A stretch of DNA of 64,000 nucleotides from a virus, in the IMG/VR virus record IMGVR_UViG_3300042341_001047; one strand, given 5' to 3'. Below, in pieces: positions 48,340 to 56,827 of this stretch (position 1 is its first letter; each line of letters opens with the position of its first letter). The position numbers and the translations under genes were made by a program. The notes beneath the pieces are model-generated. The model made no database searches. It saw nothing but the letters and a program-made list of their open reading frames with translations, and was not told where the DNA came from.

Positions 48340-48843
48340 TTAATCTAATTTATTTTTATCTTTTATTATATCTTCGATTGAAGGTTTTTGATTTGCTAAT
48401 TTTAATTCTTCTCTAACATCCATTAGAATTTTACCAAGATGATTTTCACCTTTACCATTACAAACTCCCCAGAAATAATCATGCCACCAGTTACCCTCAA
48501 TAAGTTCATGATCATCAGTATCAATTAATAATTGAGCCAATTCTTCATTTTTAAACTTCTCGCGAACACCCCAGTTCATTACTTCTAATTTCTTTTCATC
48601 CCAATTACTTCGTAGTTTTACTTTAGAACCTATTCTTTTAACTTCAGCAGGATTTGAAATTTTAGCAATCATTTCTCTGAAATCACCAGGAGTGAAATAA
48701 GTACCATTTATTAATTGCTGATCATTAACTTTCATTGCGACATAAAAGTTTTCAACGGATGGGTATGTAATACCTTGGTGTTCTATCTTACAAGGATAGA
48801 AATTGGATAAGAATCTCCAACGACCTTCAAATTTATCAATCAT
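48340..48843 (-). CDS. NADAR/YbiA-family hydrolase
   Basis: FLSNFY, YPSVENFY, WDEKKLEVM...KF, LIEGNWWHDYFWG, GENHLGKILMDVRE. Confidence 0.9.
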   Translation of the reverse strand: MIDKFEGRWRFLSNFYPCKIEHQGITYPSVENFYVAMKVNDQQLINGTYFTPGDFREMIAKISNPAEVKRIGSKVKLRSNWDEKKLEVMNWGVREKFKNEELAQLLIDTDDHELIEGNWWHDYFWGVCNGKGENHLGKILMDVREELKLANQKPSIEDIIKDKNKLD

Positions 48844-48872
48844 AGATATTATATAATTAGATTAAACAAAGT

Positions 48873-49199
48873 TTACCAATACCAAGGTGCATCTTTGTAG
48901 TTATCTTCAAAGATATAATTCTCATCACCTTTCATGATTCTATGTACTACTTGTTTAGATTTGGCTCTTTGTGAACGATTAAGCATATTTCTATACCACC
49001 AAGGTGCGCTATTAAAATATCCATTATATTCATTATGGAATTTTTGACGAAGCCTTTCGTTAATTTCACAAAGACGTGAATTTTGAGGACGACTCCATTT
49101 AGGGTATCTTGGTGTAGAATCGTATATATAATCATGCTCTTTTTTAAGAGAAATATATTCTTTTTCTCTTAACCAGTGTTTGTTTGTGTGTTTTGACAT
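48873..49199 (-). CDS. hypothetical basic protein
   Basis: 108 aa; APWWYR...NRSQR. Confidence 0.55.
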   Translation of the reverse strand: MSKHTNKHWLREKEYISLKKEHDYIYDSTPRYPKWSRPQNSRLCEINERLRQKFHNEYNGYFNSAPWWYRNMLNRSQRAKSKQVVHRIMKGDENYIFEDNYKDAPWYW

Positions 49200-49252
49200 A
49201 TGTATAAGTTATTTTTTAAATACTTACATGTCAATTCTATCTCTTAATTTTT

Positions 49253-49318
49253 TCATATTCCTAATTTTGTAGACCCAGGTGACCAAGGCAAATGATATGT
49301 TCTGTTATACTTACTCAT
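49253..49318 (-). pseudogene. 21-codon remnant resembling the N-terminus of an RNA-ligase family protein
   Basis: MSKYNRTYHLPWSPGSTKLGI*; KYxRTxHLPWSPG is the start of a phage/bacterial RNA ligase family; TATATTTG promoter box just upstream. Confidence 0.5.
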
Positions 49319-49347
49319 TTTACAAATATATATAATTTTCTCATAAT

Positions 49348-49385
49348 AAAAAAAGACCTCACTCCCATTTCAGGAAGTGAGGTCT
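49348..49385 (-). terminator. tmRNA terminator
   Basis: agacctcact...agtgaggtct stem plus U tract on the minus strand. Confidence 0.75.
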
Positions 49386-49412
49386 AAAAAATCGATATTA
49401 CTATCGAACTTG

Positions 49413-49794
49413 TGGAGATGACGTTGTACTGCCCAACGTGTCTTTTTCAGTTACTAATAATTACTCATTCACAGGCTTAGAAAGTTTTTCTTAACTTACA
49501 AACTATTTACTTGATTTTGAAAGACTCTAACAAGTAAAAACAATAAATCTCACCTTTTTTAACCCCGTGTGAATCGGGATGGAGAATTTTTTGATAACAA
49601 CTATTGTTTAGACAGTTGCTAGATCTTCTACAGAGATCATGTTGTTTTGTAGAGCCGCTACTAAATCTTCACGAGTTCCTACTTCATTTGTTTTGCCATT
49701 TACGACTTTGCCATCTAATTTATAAATCGGTCATTTGACAACCCGATACCTGCATAAATACCACCACTCTGCAAATCAATTCTAAAACATCCCC
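49413..49794 (-). ncRNA. ssrA: tmRNA (one-piece, ~382 nt)
   Basis: 5' GGGGAUG pairs with 3' CAUCUCC-A (G3-U70 Ala determinant); T-arm ACGUUG-GGCAGUA-CAACGU; internal tag ORF 49697..49608; TACATTTG promoter box at 49821-49828. Confidence 0.88.
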
Positions 49795-49869
49795 AAGTGT
49801 GTATATTTGTTACTATTCTACAAATGTATATATAATATTCTAAAATAACAAAAAGTTTAATAAATTTAA

Positions 49870-50376
49870 TTAAAAAGGTGTATTATCATCATCTAAACCA
49901 TCACCATAATAAAAATTAAAAGTCAACATTGGTCTACCATCTTTAGCATACCAAATTTCAAATTCAGAATCATATTGTGCTAAGGTATCTCTTTTAAGTT
50001 TTTTAGCAACTTCAAATACTCTTATTACATCTCTTAATCTTTCCTTTTCATTCATAAAAGCAACAATAGAAATATCTAAATCATCATTTGTTATCTCAAC
50101 TTCAACTCCAGTATTTTTGAACATTAATCTAAGAAGATATAGTAAATGACCAAACTGACCATCATCTTCTGAATCATCATCTTCATCGTCATCTTCATAT
50201 GAATAGTCTTCTTCATCATCTGTTAGTTTCTTATAACCTTTATCATCATAAAATTCATCGTCATCATCATCGTCATCACCATCTGTACTTGGATAATTAG
50301 GTCTTCCAAAAAGAGAGTCATCATCATCATCCCAACGACCTTCATTTACTATTTGTGTATACTTTTTAATTTTCAT
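49870..50376 (-). CDS. acidic hypothetical protein with capsid-targeting-like leader
   Basis: MKIKKYTQIVNEG; poly-Asp tracts. Confidence 0.6.
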   Translation of the reverse strand: MKIKKYTQIVNEGRWDDDDDSLFGRPNYPSTDGDDDDDDDEFYDDKGYKKLTDDEEDYSYEDDDEDDDSEDDGQFGHLLYLLRLMFKNTGVEVEITNDDLDISIVAFMNEKERLRDVIRVFEVAKKLKRDTLAQYDSEFEIWYAKDGRPMLTFNFYYGDGLDDDNTPF

Positions 50377-51737
50377 TATTTTAGTTCTATTTTTAGGTAA
50401 GTTTCATCAAAGAAAGCAGTATCTTCTATCTTATATTTCTTTAATATAACAGATAAAGATGTTAATGAATCATAAATTTCTTCAATAGCACCATCTTCTA
50501 AATCACATTGTAAAGAAACACCACCACCATCTTCACGGACAACTTTAACATCTATAGCAAATGCTGACTTTTTAAGTTCTGATATTAAACTACCATGTTT
50601 TCTTAAAACTTCTTCATCTAAACCAATTTTTCTAACAGTTGGAAGAGAATTCCAATCAACACCAATACTTGCCTTAGCAAGTTTTTCTAAATATGTAATA
50701 TTTTGATACTCATCTGCAGTGTGTTCATGCATATATCCAACAGAAACATTAGTACATTCTGATATTTCTTCTAAAAATGATGCTGAATCGGTATAAACAC
50801 CTGTTGGATCTAAAGATAAATCCATACCTTGTTTATTATACTCTTTACAAAGAGCTGTTCCAAAATCATTCGAACAACAAACTCTACCTAATTGAGATGT
50901 TATAACTGAGTGATAGTTTCTTCTATCAAAAGAAACACATCTCTTAATATCTTTAAGATAATCAACCTCATCATAAACTGATGAAAGTAATCCAGAACCG
51001 ATTCCACCTCTTTCTTCACCAATAAAGAAATAATAAAGACCTGGTACATTATGAGCCATCATATATAACATAACAGCCACACCAGCTTTATCATCAGCTC
51101 CTAATATAGAATTACCATCGGTAATAATATATTCTTCACCTTTTTCTTCACTTGAATAAAGTTTTGTTATTTTTTGTTCTCTATCAGCAGTATCTAAGTG
51201 AGAAGTAAACATAGTTTGTGGTTTTGAATCTCCTATTATTTTATAATAGTTACCAACGATATCTTCTTCTAATTTTGGAAGAAATTGTAAAACTTCTTTT
51301 TCATAACGATTATCTGCAAAGTGAGGGTATGTTTTAGTAACTAATGAAAGGAAAGTGCTTCTTACATCTTTTGGATTGTATTTAAAATCTTCAACTTTAA
51401 TTAAATTACCATCAATTGGTTCACCAGCAGATAAAGAGTTATACATTCTAAGAAAATCATTAACATCGGAAGGACTTAATAGACTTCTAAAGTAATATTT
51501 AATAAAATTTGATATAGGCATTGGTGTCACTTTACCATCAATAGTAACATCAAATGAATTTTTCTTTTTAGAAACACTAACCGTTTCAATTCTTAATCCA
51601 TTATGATATTTAGCAGATATTTCACCTAGCCAAAGTAGCTCAAATGCTACATAATTATTTGCATCTTCCAGTTCTTTAAGAATACTTTCTAACTCTTTTG
51701 TATAAGTAACTCTTACTGATTTTTTATCTTCTGCCAT
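50376..51737 (-). CDS. M28/M20-like zinc peptidase (second paralogue)
   Basis: SHLDT, LGADDKAG, GEERG, SFDRR, YTDSA, NVSVGYMHEH. Confidence 0.85.
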   Translation of the reverse strand: MAEDKKSVRVTYTKELESILKELEDANNYVAFELLWLGEISAKYHNGLRIETVSVSKKKNSFDVTIDGKVTPMPISNFIKYYFRSLLSPSDVNDFLRMYNSLSAGEPIDGNLIKVEDFKYNPKDVRSTFLSLVTKTYPHFADNRYEKEVLQFLPKLEEDIVGNYYKIIGDSKPQTMFTSHLDTADREQKITKLYSSEEKGEEYIITDGNSILGADDKAGVAVMLYMMAHNVPGLYYFFIGEERGGIGSGLLSSVYDEVDYLKDIKRCVSFDRRNYHSVITSQLGRVCCSNDFGTALCKEYNKQGMDLSLDPTGVYTDSASFLEEISECTNVSVGYMHEHTADEYQNITYLEKLAKASIGVDWNSLPTVRKIGLDEEVLRKHGSLISELKKSAFAIDVKVVREDGGGVSLQCDLEDGAIEEIYDSLTSLSVILKKYKIEDTAFFDETYLKIELK

Positions 51738-51773
51738 TTATAAAAATATTTTTATTATGTTATATATTAATTA

Positions 51774-52163
51774 TTAAACTTGAATTTCATAAGAATTTGT
51801 ATAATCAACTTTAACTTGACCATCATTCATGTTTGGTTCTTTCTTAACAAACCTTCTTTGACAATAAACTACAGTAGCCTTACTATCTTTAGATGCTTTA
51901 CTATTTTTCTTAGCCAATTCAGCTGCTTTTTTAATAACCGAATCAATAGGAAGATTTTCTCTAACTCTAATAACAACATGAGAACCCGGAACACCTTTAA
52001 CGTGCATCCAAATATCTTCTTTATCAGCTATATTAAATGTTAAGTGGTCATTAGATTTAGCATCTTTACCTACATAGACAACAAATCCGTCTATATCTAA
52101 TTTTTGTATATTAGGGAATTTATCTTTTTTACCCTCGAATAGTGAAAATTGTTTTATAATCAT
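51774..52163 (-). CDS. stand-alone NFACT-R (DUF814) RNA-binding domain protein, related to the RqcH/FbpA C-terminus
   Basis: VGKDAKSNDHLT...DIWMHVKGVPGSHVVI...AAELA..NSKA...VKK...GQV. Confidence 0.85.
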   Translation of the reverse strand: MIIKQFSLFEGKKDKFPNIQKLDIDGFVVYVGKDAKSNDHLTFNIADKEDIWMHVKGVPGSHVVIRVRENLPIDSVIKKAAELAKKNSKASKDSKATVVYCQRRFVKKEPNMNDGQVKVDYTNSYEIQV

Positions 52164-52188
52164 ATACTATATATAAACTATTTAAAAC

Positions 52189-52218
52189 AAAAAAAGACCC
52201 AAGAAGGGTCTTTTTTTT
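52189..52218 (-). terminator. terminator after the major capsid gene
   Basis: aaaaaagaccc-aagaa-gggtctttttttt. Confidence 0.85.
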
Positions 52219-52236
52219 AATATTTCAATCAAACTA

Positions 52237-53988
52237 TTAGTTCAATAACTGAGCAGCGTCAGTAACTGTAATAGTCATAAATTGTTTTTGTGGATACCAA
52301 CCAACTTCAGTTACTGCGTATCTTGAACGTAACAACATTCTTGGTGCGAATGTAGCTTCAGAGATTACAGAAATAGACTGAGCCATTAAGTAAGGTACGA
52401 AAATGATACCTGGTTGGTCAGGGTTATTCTTACGACCTAATACGATTCTGTTATCGTTATATCTCATATATGGATCTACATAGATAGAGATGTCTCCGAT
52501 TGAACCTACAGGGTATAATTGACCTTGTCCGTTTAATTTAGATTTAACTGGGTTAATTGTGTAACCAGCGATATCTTGAAGAGCTGCAGCTAAACCTCCG
52601 TTTGTGATAAGGTATTGAGCAGGTCCTACACGACCTTCAGTCGCGATATAGTTCGAAGCGTGAGCAATCTTAGTGATTAACTTTCTTTGAACAGCGTGAG
52701 TTGTTTCACCACCAACATAACCTGATGTTTGATTAGCATAAGCTGTATTCAAGTCAAAGATTGTTGTTCCTGTACCAACAGCACCACTAGATAATGGAGC
52801 ACTAGCCGCGTTTAATGTACCCATTTCGAAGATTTTAGCAACGATTTGTTTAGAGATTGTTTGAGACAACTCATTAACAAGGATAGATTCCATTTTTTGA
52901 ACGATATCCATACCTGTATTAGCTTTGATATCTTCAATTTCAGTTCTTCTAAGAGCTGAAGATACTTCGATAGTACCAACTGCTACAGTTTTAGAAGAGA
53001 TTTTTGGTCCGATAACACCAGCATATGAATCATCATCTGACTGACGAGACATTGGGTAAGAACCAGCAGCACCAGTACCAGCTGTCCAGTTTGCAGAGAA
53101 ACCTGGGATATGGTCTTCTAAAGCAGATACCAATTCGATAGTTTTTGTTCCAGCAACAACATTACCCGTAATAGTAGAGTAAGTACCTACTTGAGTAATT
53201 TGGTCAATCATAGATTGAGTTGGGTTAAAAGTGTTTCTTGCTTGGTCAAATGCCCAAAGTGTAGATGTTCCACTTGCTAAAGCTGTAGCAGTATGAGCTG
53301 TGTTAGCTTGTCTGTAAGCTCTGAAGATTGGGAAACCATCGATACGAGAGAAACCTAAGAACTCAGCAGTACCTCTTTTATCAGCATTTTCTTGACTAGT
53401 TACAGTAACTGTACCAGCGATAGCTGAAGAAGCATTAAGAGATATCCAAACTCTACCGTTTGCTAAACCACCTGTAGTTTCATTGATTGAATTAGTAGCT
53501 AAGAAAGCTCTAATTGATCTTTGAATAGATGCGTTTTCTGGACAATTTAATTTGAAAACTTGTGGTCTTTCATCAGCACCATTAACTGAACGAACGTCAT
53601 CATATTGAAAATCAATATAAAGTAAGTCGATTTTTGGACCTGGAGTTGGTTTAACAGCTACTAAATCTAAACCGATTGTTTGAGCTGCAATTTTCATTGC
53701 TACTGGTAACAAGTTTTGACCTACGTCTCCTGAACCAAGTGATCCACCGTTTCCGTTTCCAGACCAGTTACTACCTAGTAAAGAACCAGCTAATGAAGAT
53801 GGTTGAGCAGCTGTAACAGCTCCCATACCTGCAACGTTAGAAGCGTTAACATACGCATTCTCGTTGATTGAGTGATATTCAGCCATTTCTGACATCCATT
53901 CAACTCTTTCAGCAGATACACCCATGTTTTCCAATACTGGAGTCCACTTCTTAACTGCTTTTTGTTTGTCTATTCTAATGTGTGACAT
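52237..53988 (-). CDS. gp23: major capsid protein (T4 gp23-like)
   Basis: KKWTPVLE N-terminus, IGLDLVAVKP, SNYIATEGRVGPA, IYVDPY, GIIFVPY, TFAPRMLLRSRY; follows the protease gene. Confidence 0.9.
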   Translation of the reverse strand: MSHIRIDKQKAVKKWTPVLENMGVSAERVEWMSEMAEYHSINENAYVNASNVAGMGAVTAAQPSSLAGSLLGSNWSGNGNGGSLGSGDVGQNLLPVAMKIAAQTIGLDLVAVKPTPGPKIDLLYIDFQYDDVRSVNGADERPQVFKLNCPENASIQRSIRAFLATNSINETTGGLANGRVWISLNASSAIAGTVTVTSQENADKRGTAEFLGFSRIDGFPIFRAYRQANTAHTATALASGTSTLWAFDQARNTFNPTQSMIDQITQVGTYSTITGNVVAGTKTIELVSALEDHIPGFSANWTAGTGAAGSYPMSRQSDDDSYAGVIGPKISSKTVAVGTIEVSSALRRTEIEDIKANTGMDIVQKMESILVNELSQTISKQIVAKIFEMGTLNAASAPLSSGAVGTGTTIFDLNTAYANQTSGYVGGETTHAVQRKLITKIAHASNYIATEGRVGPAQYLITNGGLAAALQDIAGYTINPVKSKLNGQGQLYPVGSIGDISIYVDPYMRYNDNRIVLGRKNNPDQPGIIFVPYLMAQSISVISEATFAPRMLLRSRYAVTEVGWYPQKQFMTITVTDAAQLLN

Positions 53989-54016
53989 AATTTAATTTTT
54001 ATTTTTTTTTGTTATC

Positions 54017-54068
54017 TATATATAACCCTTGTTTTATCTACTTTTCGGAGATGTGGATTTTTTATAGA
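54017..54068 (-). promoter_or_regulatory. extended phage promoter for the capsid gene
   Basis: On the + strand TATATA(54017)-N30-GTGGATTTTTTATAGA. Confidence 0.6.
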
Positions 54069-56186
54069 TTAGATGTTTTTGAATCTTTCCATAATAGCAG
54101 TAACATCATTATCAGAAAGTTTATCTTCTTGTATAAGACTTTCGTGTGATACTAACTTTTTAGTTACAGATTCATTTGTTTTAAGCTTTCTAGTTGCCCA
54201 GAAGTGCTCAACTTGAGATTCGTTCATTAAAACTTCAGCTGGGTAAAGTCTAGCTTGTGATAAGATAGATTTTTTAGCAGATTCATTCATTTGACTCCAG
54301 ATAGCCTTAGTGTTTTCAGGCATTAATCTGATTACTCTTTCTTCAAGTGTTTCATTCTTTGTTGATAATGCTTCAGCAATTAGACCTAATACATCTTTGG
54401 ATGTGAAATAACTTCTCTCGTTTATGTGAAGTTTAACAGATTCCTGTTCTTCGTCTGATAGTGCATAAAAGCTATCTACTTGTGACTTGTTTAAGAATTT
54501 TAAGAAATTCAAGTCTGTAGATTCAGAAACTTTACGTTTTTTAGCTTCTTCTATTAATTTATTAATTGATTCAGATAATTCAGAATCTTCATGTCCACCA
54601 ACTTCATAGTTATGTGAATGAACTTCTTCTTCATTTTCTTCATTTTCATTTTCTTCTTCATTTTCCATATTGTAAGCCTCTTCTTCGTGAGCTGAAGGAA
54701 CACCATTGTATTCTTCTTCATCTTCTTCAGTAGCGTTAGGTCCACAATTTTCATCTTCTTCAGCATCTTCGAAACCAGCAGCTTGTAATGAAGGGAAAGC
54801 TTCTTCTTCATTTGATTCAAATAATTTACCACCTTTAGAATTTAATTTTTCAACGATTAATCCTTGGTAAGAAATTGATTTGTCTAAGTTTTCAGCGATA
54901 TATTCTGAATAAGCGATATTATCATCTAAATGTTCAGCGATGTACTCAGAGTAAGCGATGTTACCTTCAACGTGTTCAGCTAAATATTCTGAATAAGCGA
55001 TTGAATTATCAACGTGTTCAGCGATGTACTCACCGTAAGCGATACTTTTATCTAAGTTTTCAGCGATGTACTCAGAGTAAGCGATGTTTTTGTCTAAGTT
55101 TTCAGCTAAATATTCTGAATACTCAATGTTTTTATCCAAATTCTCAGCTAAATACTCAGAATAAGAAATGTTTTTATCCAAATTCTCAGCGATATACTCA
55201 GAATAAGAAATATTTTTATCAAGATTTTCAGCTAAATATTCTGAATACTCGATATTTTTATCTAAGTTTTCAGCCAAATACTCAGAGTAGTTAACAGCCT
55301 TTTCAAGATTTTCGGCTAAATAGTCATTATGTTTAATAAGTTTATTTGTAGTCTCTTTTAAAGACTTATTCTCATTAACCATAATTTGAACTTTCTCAGC
55401 CAAATAATCCAAGTACTTAACAACTTGAGAATTTGTGTTATTTAACTCATCGTAATACTCTAAAAGTTGTTCAAGTTTTTTAGGACTTAAGTTACCTTTA
55501 GAAATTGCACCTTTAACTTCTTTCTTAGTAGAAGCTAATTCTTTAACTAAATATTGAGAATAGTCAGTTAACTGTTGTTTAGTAACAAATTCATTTTTGT
55601 TCATATCAAATAGTTGATTTATTTTGGACTCATCGGACATTTCATATATCCTAAAGTTGGAGTTTTGATTATAACCCAAAGACTCGTTAAGAACCTTCAC
55701 GCTCATCTTAGCCGATGCAAATCCTGGATCAGCTACTATATCATAAGTAAATAATTTCTTTAAGGAAACAGTACCATCTGATTCAGTAATACCAGCCGCT
55801 CTTGAAGAAACAAAAACTGGACAACCATCATCAACTAATGCTTTAGCTTCTTTACCCCAATAGGTACTAAGAAGTCTAATTTCACCACTAACAAGGTTAG
55901 ATTCTTTTACATAATTTGCTTTTGTAATTATGTGAGAAGCTCTAGAAAGAGATGTATCAAAAACATCTGGGTGATCAAACTCACCATAAACAGCACCTAG
56001 ACTGCTCATTCTATCATTCATCTCATTTAAAGCAGGAAGAAATTTGTCAGCAGTATAAATTCTTTCATTACGATTTTTAACACCGAATTCCGTGAATGTA
56101 CCACCAAGTATATAATCTTTCTTACCATTGACACTTTCTCTTATAAGAGCATTTGTCGAATTTTCTACAATTAAAACTGGTTTCAT
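54069..56186 (-). CDS. gp21: prohead protease (gp21-like) fused to scaffold/core domain
   Basis: NRNERIY, GEFDHP, VSSRAAG, YDIVADPGF; then coiled coil, 11x14-aa repeats and an acidic linker. Confidence 0.88.
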   Translation of the reverse strand: MKPVLIVENSTNALIRESVNGKKDYILGGTFTEFGVKNRNERIYTADKFLPALNEMNDRMSSLGAVYGEFDHPDVFDTSLSRASHIITKANYVKESNLVSGEIRLLSTYWGKEAKALVDDGCPVFVSSRAAGITESDGTVSLKKLFTYDIVADPGFASAKMSVKVLNESLGYNQNSNFRIYEMSDESKINQLFDMNKNEFVTKQQLTDYSQYLVKELASTKKEVKGAISKGNLSPKKLEQLLEYYDELNNTNSQVVKYLDYLAEKVQIMVNENKSLKETTNKLIKHNDYLAENLEKAVNYSEYLAENLDKNIEYSEYLAENLDKNISYSEYIAENLDKNISYSEYLAENLDKNIEYSEYLAENLDKNIAYSEYIAENLDKSIAYGEYIAEHVDNSIAYSEYLAEHVEGNIAYSEYIAEHLDDNIAYSEYIAENLDKSISYQGLIVEKLNSKGGKLFESNEEEAFPSLQAAGFEDAEEDENCGPNATEEDEEEYNGVPSAHEEEAYNMENEEENENEENEEEVHSHNYEVGGHEDSELSESINKLIEEAKKRKVSESTDLNFLKFLNKSQVDSFYALSDEEQESVKLHINERSYFTSKDVLGLIAEALSTKNETLEERVIRLMPENTKAIWSQMNESAKKSILSQARLYPAEVLMNESQVEHFWATRKLKTNESVTKKLVSHESLIQEDKLSDNDVTAIMERFKNI
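54870..55331 (-). repeat. 11 tandem 42-bp (14-aa) coding repeats YSEY(L/I)AE(N/H)LDKNI
   Basis: Counted directly in the translation. Confidence 0.9.
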
Positions 56187-56214
56187 TTAAATAGTTATTT
56201 TTTAAAATATAGAG

Positions 56215-56366
56215 TATATATTCACTTCAAAAAACCGTTAAAAATAAAGAGTGGATTTTTTACAGAACTTCTACAACAATTGACTTTGTTATACTAAGCA
56301 GGTTCAAAGTAATGTATTTATCGAAATAATGAATATGATTTCCTAAGTGAATGGATTTTTTACAGA
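56215..56366 (-). promoter_or_regulatory. tandem extended promoters for the protease/capsid operon
   Basis: TATATA(56215)-N30-GTGGATTTTTTACAGA and TATTTA(56315)-N30-ATGGATTTTTTACAGA. Confidence 0.6.
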
Positions 56367-56419
56367 GGGGCAGTGATTAACTTAATAAATAATAGAAATT
56401 TTTGCAAATTCGAGGATTT

Positions 56420-56806
56420 ATGATACTAACAAGAGTAATAGATATTAAAATAAATGAATCAAACTTTCAATACTATGAAGATTTGGGATATGATGTAACT
56501 ATTGGGGAAAATATACAAATACCCATAGAGTTAATGTCAAAAGGATCACATTATAAAATAACTTGTAAATGTGATGGATGTGGTATAGAAAAGGATGTAA
56601 TCTTTAAAAACTATATTAAATATGATAATAAGTGGGGTGAATATTATTGTAGAAAATGTTCCGAAGTAAAAAGAAAGAAAACACTAAGAGAAAACTTCGG
56701 AGTTGACTACCCAATACAAAATAAAAAGGTTCTTACTAAGATGAAAAAAACTCTAGTTGAGAAGTATGGTGTAGATAATATCTCAAAGAGAGATAAACAA
56801 AATTAA
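56420..56806 (+). CDS. zinc-finger protein resembling homing-endonuclease-associated domains (no nuclease domain)
   Basis: CKCDGC...CRKC; KKTLRENFGVD / KKTLVEKYGVD repeats; likely ATG start at 56420. Confidence 0.55.
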   Translation: MILTRVIDIKINESNFQYYEDLGYDVTIGENIQIPIELMSKGSHYKITCKCDGCGIEKDVIFKNYIKYDNKWGEYYCRKCSEVKRKKTLRENFGVDYPIQNKKVLTKMKKTLVEKYGVDNISKRDKQN

Positions 56807-56827
56807 ATTCACTAATAGAATAAACAT

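Noticed and set aside
49200-49870. tRNA genes near the tmRNA
   Set aside because: No cloverleaf with an anticodon arm was found; the only tRNA-like element is the tmRNA acceptor/T arm
54554-55294. Alternative-frame ORFs 54554..54832 and 54875..55294 with repeated motifs
   Set aside because: Shadows of the acidic tract and the 42-bp repeats of the protease-scaffold gene
56402-56806. Active homing endonuclease
   Set aside because: Only zinc-finger and KYGV-type repeats; no HNH, GIY-YIG or PD-(D/E)xK catalytic domain visible
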